Shown here: positions 25,830-35,683 of the stretch, piece by piece
How the letters are laid out: each line of letters starts with the position of its first letter
Position numbering within the stretch: position 1 is the stretch's first letter
DNA from: Candidatus Thalassarchaeum betae
GTDB taxonomy: Archaea > Thermoplasmatota > Poseidoniia > Poseidoniales > Thalassarchaeaceae
Length of the DNA stretch: 64,000 nt
Direction of reading: 5' to 3'
NCBI GenBank assembly: GCA_022447095.1
Contig: JAKUUP010000006.1
Span: 2,123-66,122 of the forward strand
Position numbers and translations under genes: made by a program
Notes under the pieces: model-generated
What the model saw: the letters and a program-made list of their open reading frames with translations, nothing else
Database searches by the model: none
What the model was told of the DNA's origin: nothing

Positions 25830-27605
25830 TTGAAGGGGGTCACCATCCGGGAGTCAGGCGTGGACATCCCAGATGACCTGCGCTCGATGCTCGAAGGTGG
25901 GCACGGCCCGACTAAGCAGAAGGCCGCTCGCCTAGTGGTGGATCTGGCATCTACAGCGGGAGCCAGCGAGTTCGTTCGCGTTGAGCACGCGCATGTTTCG
26001 GGGGTGAGCGTAATCACGGGAGGACATGGACTGCGACGTTTCCTCTCGGACCTCGCTGGTGACTCTGAGGGCAAGGTAGCAATCCCGACGACCCTGAACT
26101 CCGCTGGCTGCGACCACGAGCGCATGGAGGAGATGGGCATCGACCACCCAGGCTTTCTGGAGCAGCAGTTCGAGATCGTGCATGCGTATTCGAACCTCGG
26201 AATCGAGGCGATTCTGTCCTGCACGCCCTACGACAGGGGCGTGGACACAGGAGAGGGCATCGGCTCGTGGGCCGAGTCCAACGCTGTATGCTTCTCCAAT
26301 TCCTACACCTCACTGGTCACCAACCGCGAGTCCGGCCTCTCGGCACTCGCCACCGCCCTAACTGGATGGGCTCCATTTTGGGGCTTGCATATCCCCTCAA
26401 ACCGCGCCCCCAACATCCATGTTCACGTCGAGTGCAAGATGACCGATATCACCGACTGGAGTGTGCTTGGCGACTGGATAGGCAAGCAGGTACTCCCTGA
26501 GTGGGATTTGCCCTGGGGTCCGATGCCTCGTATCACAGGACTTCCTGAGTGGGCCAGCTTCGAGATGCGCAAAGCACTCACTTCAGCGGCTGCAAACTAC
26601 GGCTGCCCGCTGCTATGGGCAGATGGACACACTGCCGTCGCCCCCACTGTCGACGACTATCAAGGTGAGCTGACATTTACCGAGGCGGACCTTGCCGAGA
26701 GATACCGCGAACTCTCTCCTAAGGGGCAGGTCGACCTCGTCGTGATAGGCTGTCCCCAGGCGAGCGTCGGTGAGGCTCGTGCGACCGCGGCGGCCGTCCG
26801 TGCACGGATGGAGTTGGGCGAGAGGATTCCCGACCAGCGGCTCTGGGTCTTCATGAGCGGCCACAACCACGACCTCATAGCCGCCGACGGCACTTTGGAC
26901 GTGCTGGAGGAGGCTGGAGCACTGGTTCTGCGCGACACCTGCCCCGAGGTCACCCCCTACAATCGCTCGCACTACAACCACTTGCTGACGAACTCGCTCA
27001 AGGCCGAGCACTACCTGACGAGCGGCCTCAATCGCATGCCTACGAGTGTGACTCCAATCGATCAGTGCGTCGCTCACGCCTTCGACCCCATGCTCATAGG
27101 GGGTGAGAGACCGGTGCTCGGAGCCAGAGGGGCTAAGCCCATGGCTTCCGCCAAGTCGCACCGCAGCGGCGAGCACGAATCCTCAGGCAGAGGGATTCCG
27201 AGCCAGAGCGAGTGGAGCGTCTCGGGTAAGGCGCTCGTGACCGATGTCCCGATTACCTACCTCGGGTACGTCAACTGTGACACGGGGGTCATCGAGGAAC
27301 CCGGCCACCCACTCAACGGGACGGCAATCGAGGACACCGTGCTGATCTACCCGAAGGCCTCAGGCTCGACTGTGGCACCCTTCGTGCTGATGGGGCTGAT
27401 CTACACAGGCAAGGGCCCTGCAGCCATAGTCAACCGCGACGTCTGCCCACTCTCACTCCCTGCCGCCTCGCTGTTGAGTGTACCGTACGCTCATGGCTTC
27501 GAAGACGACCCGACGCTGGAGGTCAACACCGGCGACGGAGTTGAACTGACTCTGAGTGGTGGAAACGTGAATCTCAGGGTCATCACCCGCGTTAGCGAGG
27601 ATTGA
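25830..27605 (+). CDS. fused aconitase-X (AcnX) protein: large catalytic subunit + C-terminal small (swivel, DUF126-like) subunit in one polypeptide
   Basis: TTG start (alternative GTG at 25860). Large N-terminal region with Ser/Cys-rich Fe-S/substrate loops. The C-terminal ~130 aa (GKALVTDVPITYLGYVNCDTGVIEE...VLIYPKASGSTVAPFVLMGLIYTGKGPAAIVNRD) is the small-subunit fold. Confidence 0.7.
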   Translation: MKGVTIRESGVDIPDDLRSMLEGGHGPTKQKAARLVVDLASTAGASEFVRVEHAHVSGVSVITGGHGLRRFLSDLAGDSEGKVAIPTTLNSAGCDHERMEEMGIDHPGFLEQQFEIVHAYSNLGIEAILSCTPYDRGVDTGEGIGSWAESNAVCFSNSYTSLVTNRESGLSALATALTGWAPFWGLHIPSNRAPNIHVHVECKMTDITDWSVLGDWIGKQVLPEWDLPWGPMPRITGLPEWASFEMRKALTSAAANYGCPLLWADGHTAVAPTVDDYQGELTFTEADLAERYRELSPKGQVDLVVIGCPQASVGEARATAAAVRARMELGERIPDQRLWVFMSGHNHDLIAADGTLDVLEEAGALVLRDTCPEVTPYNRSHYNHLLTNSLKAEHYLTSGLNRMPTSVTPIDQCVAHAFDPMLIGGERPVLGARGAKPMASAKSHRSGEHESSGRGIPSQSEWSVSGKALVTDVPITYLGYVNCDTGVIEEPGHPLNGTAIEDTVLIYPKASGSTVAPFVLMGLIYTGKGPAAIVNRDVCPLSLPAASLLSVPYAHGFEDDPTLEVNTGDGVELTLSGGNVNLRVITRVSED

Positions 27606-27614
27606 TGGCTTCCG

Positions 27615-29762
27615 GTGCTTCGCACCGGTTCCATGTCTGCGCGTCCAGACCCCGAGTCGTCCCGAGAGCAGGACCTAGGCCTGTTCGAAGTGGTAACCCG
27701 TGACGGCGCTGCGAGAATCGGACGTCTGCACACCCGACACGGCGCACTCAACACACCGATGCTACTCCCAGTGGTTAACCCCAACCTGCGCACCATCGAG
27801 CCACGGGAGATGTGGGAGCGGTACGGCGTTGAGGCTCTGATAACCAACTCCTACGTGATATGGAAGCACGACGATTTGCGCGAACAGGCTCTGGCTGATG
27901 GCATTCACACTCTGCTTGACTTTCCAGGAGTCATCGTGACCGACTCCGGGACATTCCAGTCATATGTCTACGGCGACGTCGAGGTCGGAGCAGAGGAGAT
28001 AGTCGCATTCCAGCGTGACATCGGCGTTGACATCGGAACCATGCTCGATGTCTTCGGCCGACCGGACATGAGTCGATCCGAACTCGAGAACTCGGTCGAG
28101 GAGACAGCGGCCAGAGCCGAGCAGTCTCTCGATACTGCCGGTCAGAAGACTCTACTAAATGGCCCGGTACAAGGAGGCCTGCATGACGATCTCAGGGCAA
28201 GGGGAGGGATTCTGATGGGCGCCGCCTCGGGACAGCACCGTGGCTTCGCAGTCCATCCCATCGGAGGCATCGTCCCGCTGATGGAGAGGCAGCGCTACCG
28301 GGAGTTATTCCGCATACTTCTCGCCGCGAGGTCAACCATCCCTCCTCATCGTCCCATCCACCTCTTTGGCTGCGGCCATCCGCTGCTGTTCCCGATGGCC
28401 ATCGCACTGGGTGCTGATCTGTTCGACAGTGCGGCCTACGCAATCTTCGCTCGAGACGACCGACTGCTCACACCGACAGGCACTGTCAAACTGGCTGACA
28501 TTCGCGAATGGCCGACCCATTCCGCCGCCCTGTTCGGGCACGAACCTGACACAGTCAGAGCGATGCGCCCCGATGAACGCTCGACCCTGCTCGCGCACCA
28601 CAACCTCGAGGTCACTCAGGCTGAGTTGGCTCGTTGCCGCGAAGCGATTCGGAATGGCACTATCTGGCAACTCGCCGAGCAGCGCAGCCACGCCTCGCCG
28701 CAACTGCGGGATGCCTTCCTATGGGTGCTCGAGCAGCTGGACGAGTTGGCAGATGACCCGATAGGTGAATCCGTTCTGAATCTGATGGCTTCGACCAACC
28801 CGGTCAGGAGCGGCGGCGAGCATCTGAGCGACGATGTTGGCATGAGGCCCCACATACTACATCTCCACGCCCTGCTATCGATGCGCTGGAGGGTGCCGGG
28901 CTCGTGGTGGGACGGCTCCGAGGAGGACCCCAAGAGAACAGTTCTGATAGAAGGGGCAGCCCCGCCGTGGCGCGATTCCGCACTGGGTGCGGTTGTCTCA
29001 GCACTTGTCGATGAGCCGAGGAGCGTGGTACTAGTATCAACTCCGCTCGGACCCATCCCGTTCACTCTAGAAGATGTCTCTCCGTGGTGCCACCTCGACG
29101 GTCCTGACGACATGTGGATGGAGGTCTACGAAGACGATGAGATTGCAGACAGCCTTGAGGAGATTGGCCTTGATGGATTACCCCTCGTTCGCATGCCTGC
29201 ATCTTCAGACTTCGAGCACGAGCGAACCGCTGCGGTACGAGCATGGCTCGACCGCTGCGCGGTGGTCGACAAACTGGCCGTGTTCTGCGGAGTCAGTCCG
29301 ACAGAAGGGTGCAGGCTGACTGATGGAATGAGCAGCCGCCGCTCTCGCACCGACCGGATGGTCAACGTCCACTCGGGTGGCGAGCACATGCTTTCGCCCC
29401 GTCTCGCAGATGGCGGCATCACTCTCGCACTCGACGGTGCGCGACGCCTCAACGACCTGAACCCCAGTCCTCCCGTAGCCTTCGACGAGCCGATCGAGGA
29501 CGTCGGCTCGGACCACCCTGGAATCCCTCGAGTGTGGTTGCTTGACGATGCCATTCCATTTGTCGGACGTGGCCGCAATGTAATGCATGGTTACGTGCTT
29601 GGCGCTGACCCCCATCTCATTCCGGGTCAGCCCTGCCTCGTGGTCGACGGAAACGGCGGATTGGTCGCCCATGGCACCGCAGTCACTACCGCACTGGAGA
29701 TGGCGCACCTCAAGAAGGGAATAGCGGTGAGGGTTCGTGACGGAGCCCTGAAGGACTCCTGA
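27615..29762 (+). CDS. tgtA: archaeosine tRNA-guanine transglycosylase (ArcTGT) with C-terminal C1/C2/PUA domains
   Basis: N-terminus FEVVTRDGAARIGRLHTRHGALNTPMLLPVVNP. C-terminal PUA-like GRGRNVMHGYVLGADPHLIPGQPCLVVDGNGGLVAHGTAV. 715 aa (start possibly ATG at 27633). Confidence 0.85.
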   Translation: MLRTGSMSARPDPESSREQDLGLFEVVTRDGAARIGRLHTRHGALNTPMLLPVVNPNLRTIEPREMWERYGVEALITNSYVIWKHDDLREQALADGIHTLLDFPGVIVTDSGTFQSYVYGDVEVGAEEIVAFQRDIGVDIGTMLDVFGRPDMSRSELENSVEETAARAEQSLDTAGQKTLLNGPVQGGLHDDLRARGGILMGAASGQHRGFAVHPIGGIVPLMERQRYRELFRILLAARSTIPPHRPIHLFGCGHPLLFPMAIALGADLFDSAAYAIFARDDRLLTPTGTVKLADIREWPTHSAALFGHEPDTVRAMRPDERSTLLAHHNLEVTQAELARCREAIRNGTIWQLAEQRSHASPQLRDAFLWVLEQLDELADDPIGESVLNLMASTNPVRSGGEHLSDDVGMRPHILHLHALLSMRWRVPGSWWDGSEEDPKRTVLIEGAAPPWRDSALGAVVSALVDEPRSVVLVSTPLGPIPFTLEDVSPWCHLDGPDDMWMEVYEDDEIADSLEEIGLDGLPLVRMPASSDFEHERTAAVRAWLDRCAVVDKLAVFCGVSPTEGCRLTDGMSSRRSRTDRMVNVHSGGEHMLSPRLADGGITLALDGARRLNDLNPSPPVAFDEPIEDVGSDHPGIPRVWLLDDAIPFVGRGRNVMHGYVLGADPHLIPGQPCLVVDGNGGLVAHGTAVTTALEMAHLKKGIAVRVRDGALKDS

Positions 29763-29851
29763 GTCTCACTTCCTCGACCCGGTCGGGGATTAGTTCAAGT
29801 GGCGCACTTACTAGCGGAGTTCGACTCCCCTTAGGGAGTCGAGGGTAACAA

Positions 29852-30850
29852 ATGAGCACAGAATTGAACGGTGGACCGGTCATCACAGCCCACAATCTGC
29901 GCAAGATGTACGGCCCCCACCTCGCGTTGGACGACGTCGATCTCGAGATTCCTTCTGGCGCAGTCGGCATCCTCGGTCCGAACGGCGCCGGCAAGTCGAC
30001 CCTGTTCAAGTGCCTGCTAGGGCTGATTAAGACGACCTCGGGAGAAGGCACCGTACTAGGTTACGACATCAGGACCGAGGGTGACAAGATTCGCTCTAAG
30101 ATTGGCTACATGCCTGAGTACGACGCTCTCGACCCAGGACTAGCCGCAGTCGACCAGGTCCGCTATTCCGGCGAGCTTCTGGGCATGAATCCGGCCCACG
30201 CTACTCAAAGGGCTCATGAGGTACTCGAGTACGTCGGGCTGAAGGACCAGCGCTACAGGAAGATCGAGACATTCAGCACCGGTATGAAGCAGGCTGCCAA
30301 ACTGGCTTGCGCCCTCGTCCACGACCCTGAGATTCTGATTTGCGACGAGCCAACCAACGGTCTCGACCAGAGGGCCCGTGAGTTCATGCTCCAGACGCTC
30401 AGACGCACGGTCTCCGAAGGCGGTCGCTCAGTCTTGATGAGCAGCCACGTCATGGACGATGTCCAGAATGTATGTGATCGCATCGTGATGATCCATAAGG
30501 GAAAGATCGTAGTACAGCGTCGAATCGAGGAACTAACCAAACAGGTCGACAGGGAGATCGAGATTTCGGTCTGGGGCGGCGCCAGCCGCATGCATGCAGC
30601 ACTTGTGGGACGCGGTTTCGGAGTCCGCAGACTCGGTCGGGTGCTCCGCATCGACCGCGTTGACGACAACACAACATTCGTCATCCTCGAAGCCGCCGCC
30701 GAGGCTGGTGTCCAAGTCCGGCAGATGCAGGAGTACGAGCCCGACCTAGAGGACGTATTCCTACTGATCATGGATAAGCTCGGAGCCGAGGTCAAGGGAA
30801 CCTCGGAGTTGATGACTGAGAGCCACACCGGAGGTGGTCCGCCTGAGTGA
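29852..30850 (+). CDS. ABC transporter ATP-binding protein 1 (ABC-2 type), with ~100-aa C-terminal extension
   Basis: Walker A GPNGAGKST, signature/Walker B region, H-loop. 332 aa. Confidence 0.85.
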   Translation: MSTELNGGPVITAHNLRKMYGPHLALDDVDLEIPSGAVGILGPNGAGKSTLFKCLLGLIKTTSGEGTVLGYDIRTEGDKIRSKIGYMPEYDALDPGLAAVDQVRYSGELLGMNPAHATQRAHEVLEYVGLKDQRYRKIETFSTGMKQAAKLACALVHDPEILICDEPTNGLDQRAREFMLQTLRRTVSEGGRSVLMSSHVMDDVQNVCDRIVMIHKGKIVVQRRIEELTKQVDREIEISVWGGASRMHAALVGRGFGVRRLGRVLRIDRVDDNTTFVILEAAAEAGVQVRQMQEYEPDLEDVFLLIMDKLGAEVKGTSELMTESHTGGGPPE

Positions 30851-31859
30851 TGACGGGGTCGACATAGGGGGCGGCAAGACCCGAATGGAGGTTGCCTACG
30901 GATCCGGCGATGGCGACGACAAGGCTCAGGCTATAGTGGCCAAGAAGGAGGCAACGCTAGGGGCAGTATTCGATCAGTCCTACCGTCCATGGGATGGCGA
31001 ACTGGGCCCGAGGTGGGTGAGGAACTACGCCATCTTCAGGCATCATGTCTACGGCCTCTTCAAAGGCACGGGGCACCGCCACTATCATCCGATGGTGAAA
31101 CTGACTATCCTCATCATACTGTTGTTCTCTCTGTTGCCCGTGCTAATGCTCTTCCTCGCCTCTCTTTCAGGTGGTGGCGAGTTAGGAGATTTCACTGCAA
31201 GGATGTGGGGCATCAACCGCTACAACCTGTGGGGCCAGGTTCTAGGCTACTTCCCTCGGAACCTGTGCTGCTGGCCCCTTCTGACCGCCTTGGTGGTAGG
31301 GGGGGTGATCTCTGACGACCGCAGGAACGGAACCAGCGCCATCTACTTCTCGAGGCCCGTCACGAGGTTCGACTACACCGCGATGAAGTACCTCAGCGTA
31401 GCAGTTGTACTGGGCTTCGTCATCATCCTGTCGTACTTCGTATACTACACCACGGCCATCATCTTCAACGCCGAGGGGTGGGCATACCTCGTCGACACCC
31501 TCCCGATGTTCTTGGGCGGATTGCTGGCAGGAATCCTCTTGGTCATCACCTACACCTCTATCGGGCTCGCACTGTCGAGCATCAGCCAGAGCCGCTTCTT
31601 CGCGGCTATCGCCTTCCTCGGTCTGATTTACGGTACCAAACTGCTCGCTACGCTGATCCAGCTCCAGTTCGACTCCTCCATCCTGTTCATCCTCAGCCCC
31701 TACGACTGTCTCGCCCACATCGGTCAGTGGCTACTTGGCTTAGATCAGAACTACGAACATCCCCTGTCCTTCTCGATAGTTTCGATATTGGCGATTAACG
31801 CCGCTTGCATCGGACTGCTGACAGCACGTGTGAGCTCCTTGGAGGTGACGAGAGAATGA
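30834..31859 (+). CDS. ABC-2 type permease 1 (6 TM) with ~90-aa cytoplasmic N-terminus
   Basis: Six hydrophobic helices; overlaps the ATPase-1 stop and the ATPase-2 start (ATGA). Confidence 0.65.
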   Translation: MVRLSDDGVDIGGGKTRMEVAYGSGDGDDKAQAIVAKKEATLGAVFDQSYRPWDGELGPRWVRNYAIFRHHVYGLFKGTGHRHYHPMVKLTILIILLFSLLPVLMLFLASLSGGGELGDFTARMWGINRYNLWGQVLGYFPRNLCCWPLLTALVVGGVISDDRRNGTSAIYFSRPVTRFDYTAMKYLSVAVVLGFVIILSYFVYYTTAIIFNAEGWAYLVDTLPMFLGGLLAGILLVITYTSIGLALSSISQSRFFAAIAFLGLIYGTKLLATLIQLQFDSSILFILSPYDCLAHIGQWLLGLDQNYEHPLSFSIVSILAINAACIGLLTARVSSLEVTRE

Positions 31860-32797
31860 GTGATTCGAAGGCTCCCGCAGTCTTGGTGGACCAAGCATCG
31901 AAATGGTACGGACAGGTCATCGGCCTCAACGACGTCTCTCTTGCCATCGATGGCGGCGTGACTGGTGTACTCGGCCCCAACGGGGCCGGCAAATCGACCC
32001 TGTTCAAGCTCCTTATGGGCCGGCTGAAACCCAGCCAAGGCAGTGTCCGGCTGTTCGGCATCGACCCGTGGTCCAGCACCGCACCGTACCGCAGAATCGG
32101 ATACGTGAGCGAGTCAGAGAGGATGTACGATTGGATGACCGGACTCGACTTCGTCACCACTCTGGCAAGGCTCCATGGCATGACTCGCGAGGAGGCTACG
32201 GCCAGAGCCGAGCACGTGCTGGACTTCGTAGGTCTCACCGATGTCCGGAACAAGGAACTAGGAAAATACAGCAAGGGCATGAGGCAACGCGTCAAGATAG
32301 CCCACGCACTAGTCCACGACCCCGACCTCATCATCCTCGACGAGCCGTTGCACGGCTGCGACCCAATCGCCCGAACCAGTATCATGAGCGTCATCCGCGA
32401 GCTTGGCTCGCAGGGCAAGACCGTACTGATATCGAGCCACATTCTCGAAGAGATAGAGCGCATTACCGAGCAGATCGTCATACTGCACAACGGCAGACTG
32501 CTCGCCCTAGGAAACCTGCACGCCATCAGAGGACTGCTCGACAAGCACCCCCATAGGATACTGCTGACATGCGACGACCCTCGCAGACTCGCCTCCAAGT
32601 TCATCGCCGAGGACCCGGTCCACGGTGTGAGCTTCCCTGAAGAAGGCCAGTTGGAGATCCAGACCAACGACCTCTCTGAGGCTCATTCCATCCTGCCCCG
32701 TGTCATAGTCAATTCAGGGACTAACGTGACCTCGATTGAGAACCCAGACGACAACCTCGAATCCCTGCTGGGGTACCTCGTGGGAGGTGATTCGTGA
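31856..32797 (+). CDS. ABC transporter ATP-binding protein 2
   Basis: ATG at 31856 overlaps the permease-1 stop. Walker A GPNGAGKST, signature LSGGMRQR-like (KGMRQRV), Walker B ILDEP. Confidence 0.85.
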   Translation: MSDSKAPAVLVDQASKWYGQVIGLNDVSLAIDGGVTGVLGPNGAGKSTLFKLLMGRLKPSQGSVRLFGIDPWSSTAPYRRIGYVSESERMYDWMTGLDFVTTLARLHGMTREEATARAEHVLDFVGLTDVRNKELGKYSKGMRQRVKIAHALVHDPDLIILDEPLHGCDPIARTSIMSVIRELGSQGKTVLISSHILEEIERITEQIVILHNGRLLALGNLHAIRGLLDKHPHRILLTCDDPRRLASKFIAEDPVHGVSFPEEGQLEIQTNDLSEAHSILPRVIVNSGTNVTSIENPDDNLESLLGYLVGGDS

Positions 32798-34407
32798 TGG
32801 ATGAGAAGGGCTGGGCTCTGAGTGAGACGGTGTGGACGCGCTTCGACCGTAAGGCCGGTGCGATAACAGAGCTCACCGTAAGGCAACTCAGGCACCGCAT
32901 CTCGACCTGGGTGGTGCTCTCCGTCGGCGTCCTCGTGATGGCCCTGCTGCTGGCCTTCTACACCGACGGTATCAGAGAGGGATTCGAGCCCTACGACGAT
33001 GATCAAGATTCTGTGGATTGGGACAACGACGGCTATCCTAGGGGCCAGGAGGATAAGTTCGGAACCAGTGACTGGGACGGCGCTGAGTACCCCGGCTCCG
33101 GCTACTATGAGGCAGACGGCGATATAGACTGGAATGACGATGCAAGATTCCACTCTGGCAACCACACTTGGTATGGAGAGGGCTACTTCGAGGCTGATTG
33201 GCTAGACACCGACTACTCCGGCGACCGATGGTCGGGCATCATTGACTGGGAGGACGTGGAGGCTTGTCCTGAAGGGCAAGTCACCGAAGACTGGTGGCCG
33301 GAGTGGGGCGAGGCCTGCATCTACGAAGACGACTCCTACTTCGTCAGTGGGAGATTCAAGGCCTCCGGGTCAGTCAACGTCCCCGATAACCTCCGCATGG
33401 AGTGGGGACACATGACCGACGAGTACTACGTCGAACCTGACCCGGCCTCGATGTACATCGACGAGGACGGTATCCTGTGGGATGGCAGGGACGTCTCCGA
33501 GATCGGCAACGAGATCGACGACGACGGAGACTGCCTCCTTGTGATGGACGACTCGAATGGAAACGGGATTCCCTGCGATGTCGTCTGGATTCTCGACGCC
33601 GACGGCGATGAGATAGTCGATATTCGTGCGGATTTCAATGTGAATGAGGACCCCGCGGAGGGAGAGTACGTCGGCGAGTCATCGCACAGGACCTTCATCA
33701 TCGGGACTGGCAAGATGGCCTTCGTGATGCTGCTTGGGATATTCATCCCGCTGTTCCTCGCTCTTGGCCTAGTGAGGGACGAGACCGAGAACGGCACACT
33801 GCACTACCTTCTCTCAAAGCCGATCCACCGTGCCGAGTTCATCCTCTACCGGTTACTCGGCTATCTGCTTCTGGCAGGAACATACATCCTCGTGTTAGTA
33901 CTGCTGATGGCGCTGATAACCTCGCTCATAGGGCCGGGCGAGAGCCTGATACGACTGTCTGACTTCCCCGTTTGGCTGGGAATCGGCCTAGCGACCATAC
34001 TGGTGTTAGCCGCCTATGGGGCGATGTACAACACGTTGGGCCTGATATTCCCCAAGTACGGCGTCTACATGTGCATTATTCTAGGGGTCTGGGAGTTCAT
34101 CATGGGCTTATTCACGATAACCATGCCCTCAGCGACGGTGCCGATGCTGTCAGTCTCCCACTGGGCCCTGCAGATGATAGATGCCATCGTACTGATTGCA
34201 TGGCCCGACACCCTGCAGTACTCGCAGATGGCTGACGCCTTCGGGTTCGACTCCCCCCTCCCCTTCTTCTGGCAGCCTCCGGTCCACACGCTCGGAACTC
34301 AGAGCCCGGTGGCAGCCCTTCTGGTCAGCATCGCCGTCCTGCTAGTGATTACCCTTGGGATGATGGGCATCGGGCAGTCCAGTTTCAAGAACCGAGAGAT
34401 AATGTGA
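32794..34407 (+). CDS. ABC-2 type permease 2: TM1 + ~240-aa extremely acidic Asp/Trp/Gly-rich extracellular domain + 5-6 TM
   Basis: GTG/ATG start overlaps the ATPase-2 stop. Ectodomain rich in D-x-D-G / W-D motifs (DWDNDGYPRG, DGDIDWNDD, DDDGDCLLVMDDSNGNGIPCD), followed by a permease core. Confidence 0.7.
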   Translation: MMDEKGWALSETVWTRFDRKAGAITELTVRQLRHRISTWVVLSVGVLVMALLLAFYTDGIREGFEPYDDDQDSVDWDNDGYPRGQEDKFGTSDWDGAEYPGSGYYEADGDIDWNDDARFHSGNHTWYGEGYFEADWLDTDYSGDRWSGIIDWEDVEACPEGQVTEDWWPEWGEACIYEDDSYFVSGRFKASGSVNVPDNLRMEWGHMTDEYYVEPDPASMYIDEDGILWDGRDVSEIGNEIDDDGDCLLVMDDSNGNGIPCDVVWILDADGDEIVDIRADFNVNEDPAEGEYVGESSHRTFIIGTGKMAFVMLLGIFIPLFLALGLVRDETENGTLHYLLSKPIHRAEFILYRLLGYLLLAGTYILVLVLLMALITSLIGPGESLIRLSDFPVWLGIGLATILVLAAYGAMYNTLGLIFPKYGVYMCIILGVWEFIMGLFTITMPSATVPMLSVSHWALQMIDAIVLIAWPDTLQYSQMADAFGFDSPLPFFWQPPVHTLGTQSPVAALLVSIAVLLVITLGMMGIGQSSFKNREIM

Positions 34408-34419
34408 GGCGGTAGCTCG

Positions 34420-35607
34420 ATGGAGAAGTTCGTAGGCGATTTGTCCTCTCTGTGGCGCCTCGACATTATGCCGGCAATCCCACGCCTCTCATGGTGGTGG
34501 TACTGGGTCATCATGTACGTTCCCGACCCGGATATCCCGACGCGCTCACGCCAGCTGATGATCCTATGGTCGACCAAGGAGACGCCAGCGATCCGCGTCA
34601 GCGGTCACTGGTGGAAGCCAGGCTCGCGAATGTCCGTGGATGAGCACGGAGGGCACGTCATACCCGGGATGGTATGCGCCTGGTGGTATGATGGCAAGCG
34701 CATGTTCGAACCGTTGGTTATCAGAGAGTGCAGGATGGCTGTTGTCGACGATAAACACCCACTCTGGCCCGGCCGGGGGACAGGAGAGGGCGCGGGCGCG
34801 GTAGTCCCGATACTCGATCAGGACTTCTCGTTGGGGATGCGCCCCGGGAACGAAAGCATCTGGCTTTGCCTAACCAGTGATGCCGAGGCACGGGCCAAGG
34901 GCTCCCCTACGTCATTCGAGGCTGAACTTGAGCCTTGGTGGGGCCCGCCTAGCACCCTGACCTACAAGAACAACATCTACGGGCTTGGGATGGGGTATGA
35001 TATCCTCAGGCTGCAGGGGACCAAACTCAAACTCAAGGTAGACGACGAGGAGTTCGAAGGCACGGCGTATTTCCAGAAGGTCTCGGTGCAGGCCCCCTCT
35101 TTCCCATGGTACTGGGGCATGCTGCACTTCGACGACGGCTCCTACATCGACTGGTTCATGCCGCACAGCACCCCCAGTATGAGCTCGATGGATGACACTC
35201 CATGGCGTCGCCGACACTTCTTCCGCACCCCTTCGATAGGGACCGGCATATTCCATGACGCGAAGCGTGGCAGGACAGAAAACTTCGCACGCTGCGAGGT
35301 CGAGGTGGCCGAACCAGACGACGACGAGGAGCCACTGAGGGACAATCAGGGCAACCCCCTGCCAAAGTTCAGAATCAGGCTATGGAACGGCCGTACGCAG
35401 ATTTCGATCGAGGTTCGCGCGTGCTCACGGGCACGCTGGACCTTCGACCAACCCACGCGCGCGGGCATGGTGAGTCACTTGACGTACAACGAGTACCCGC
35501 TCGAGGTCGATCGTATCGCGATACTCGACGAGCAGGGCCTACGCAGTGTTGACGACTACGAGTGGATTCACGGCAACGCTGAACACACGTGGGGCATTCT
35601 GCACTGA
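34420..35607 (+). CDS. Trp-rich hypothetical protein (395 aa), operon partner of the ABC-2 system; family not recognised
   Basis: Clean ORF 12 nt after permease 2. Unusual Trp clusters (WWWYWVIMYVPDPD, HWWKPG, EPWWGPP, FPWYWGMLHF). No TM beyond a possible N-terminal hydrophobic stretch. Confidence 0.6.
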   Translation: MEKFVGDLSSLWRLDIMPAIPRLSWWWYWVIMYVPDPDIPTRSRQLMILWSTKETPAIRVSGHWWKPGSRMSVDEHGGHVIPGMVCAWWYDGKRMFEPLVIRECRMAVVDDKHPLWPGRGTGEGAGAVVPILDQDFSLGMRPGNESIWLCLTSDAEARAKGSPTSFEAELEPWWGPPSTLTYKNNIYGLGMGYDILRLQGTKLKLKVDDEEFEGTAYFQKVSVQAPSFPWYWGMLHFDDGSYIDWFMPHSTPSMSSMDDTPWRRRHFFRTPSIGTGIFHDAKRGRTENFARCEVEVAEPDDDEEPLRDNQGNPLPKFRIRLWNGRTQISIEVRACSRARWTFDQPTRAGMVSHLTYNEYPLEVDRIAILDEQGLRSVDDYEWIHGNAEHTWGILH

Positions 35608-35683
35608 GTCACTTCGGCTCGCAAGCCCACCTTCCGCACCGTTCATAACGGTGGGCCCACCAAGGCGTCACCGGGGGAATAGA

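Noticed and set aside
25508-26224. 238-aa minus-strand ORF overlapping the 5' half of the AcnX gene
   Set aside because: It is antisense to a gene with strong family motifs. It has Arg/Pro/Ser-rich low-complexity composition typical of spurious ORFs in GC-rich DNA, and no start context.
29763-29851. Possible tRNA-like or pseudo-tRNA in the tgtA/ABC spacer (GGAGTTCGACTCC resembles a T-arm)
   Set aside because: The stem-loop has a 3-nt loop, not a 7-nt T-loop, and no acceptor, D or anticodon arms can be drawn. It is treated as a regulatory hairpin instead.
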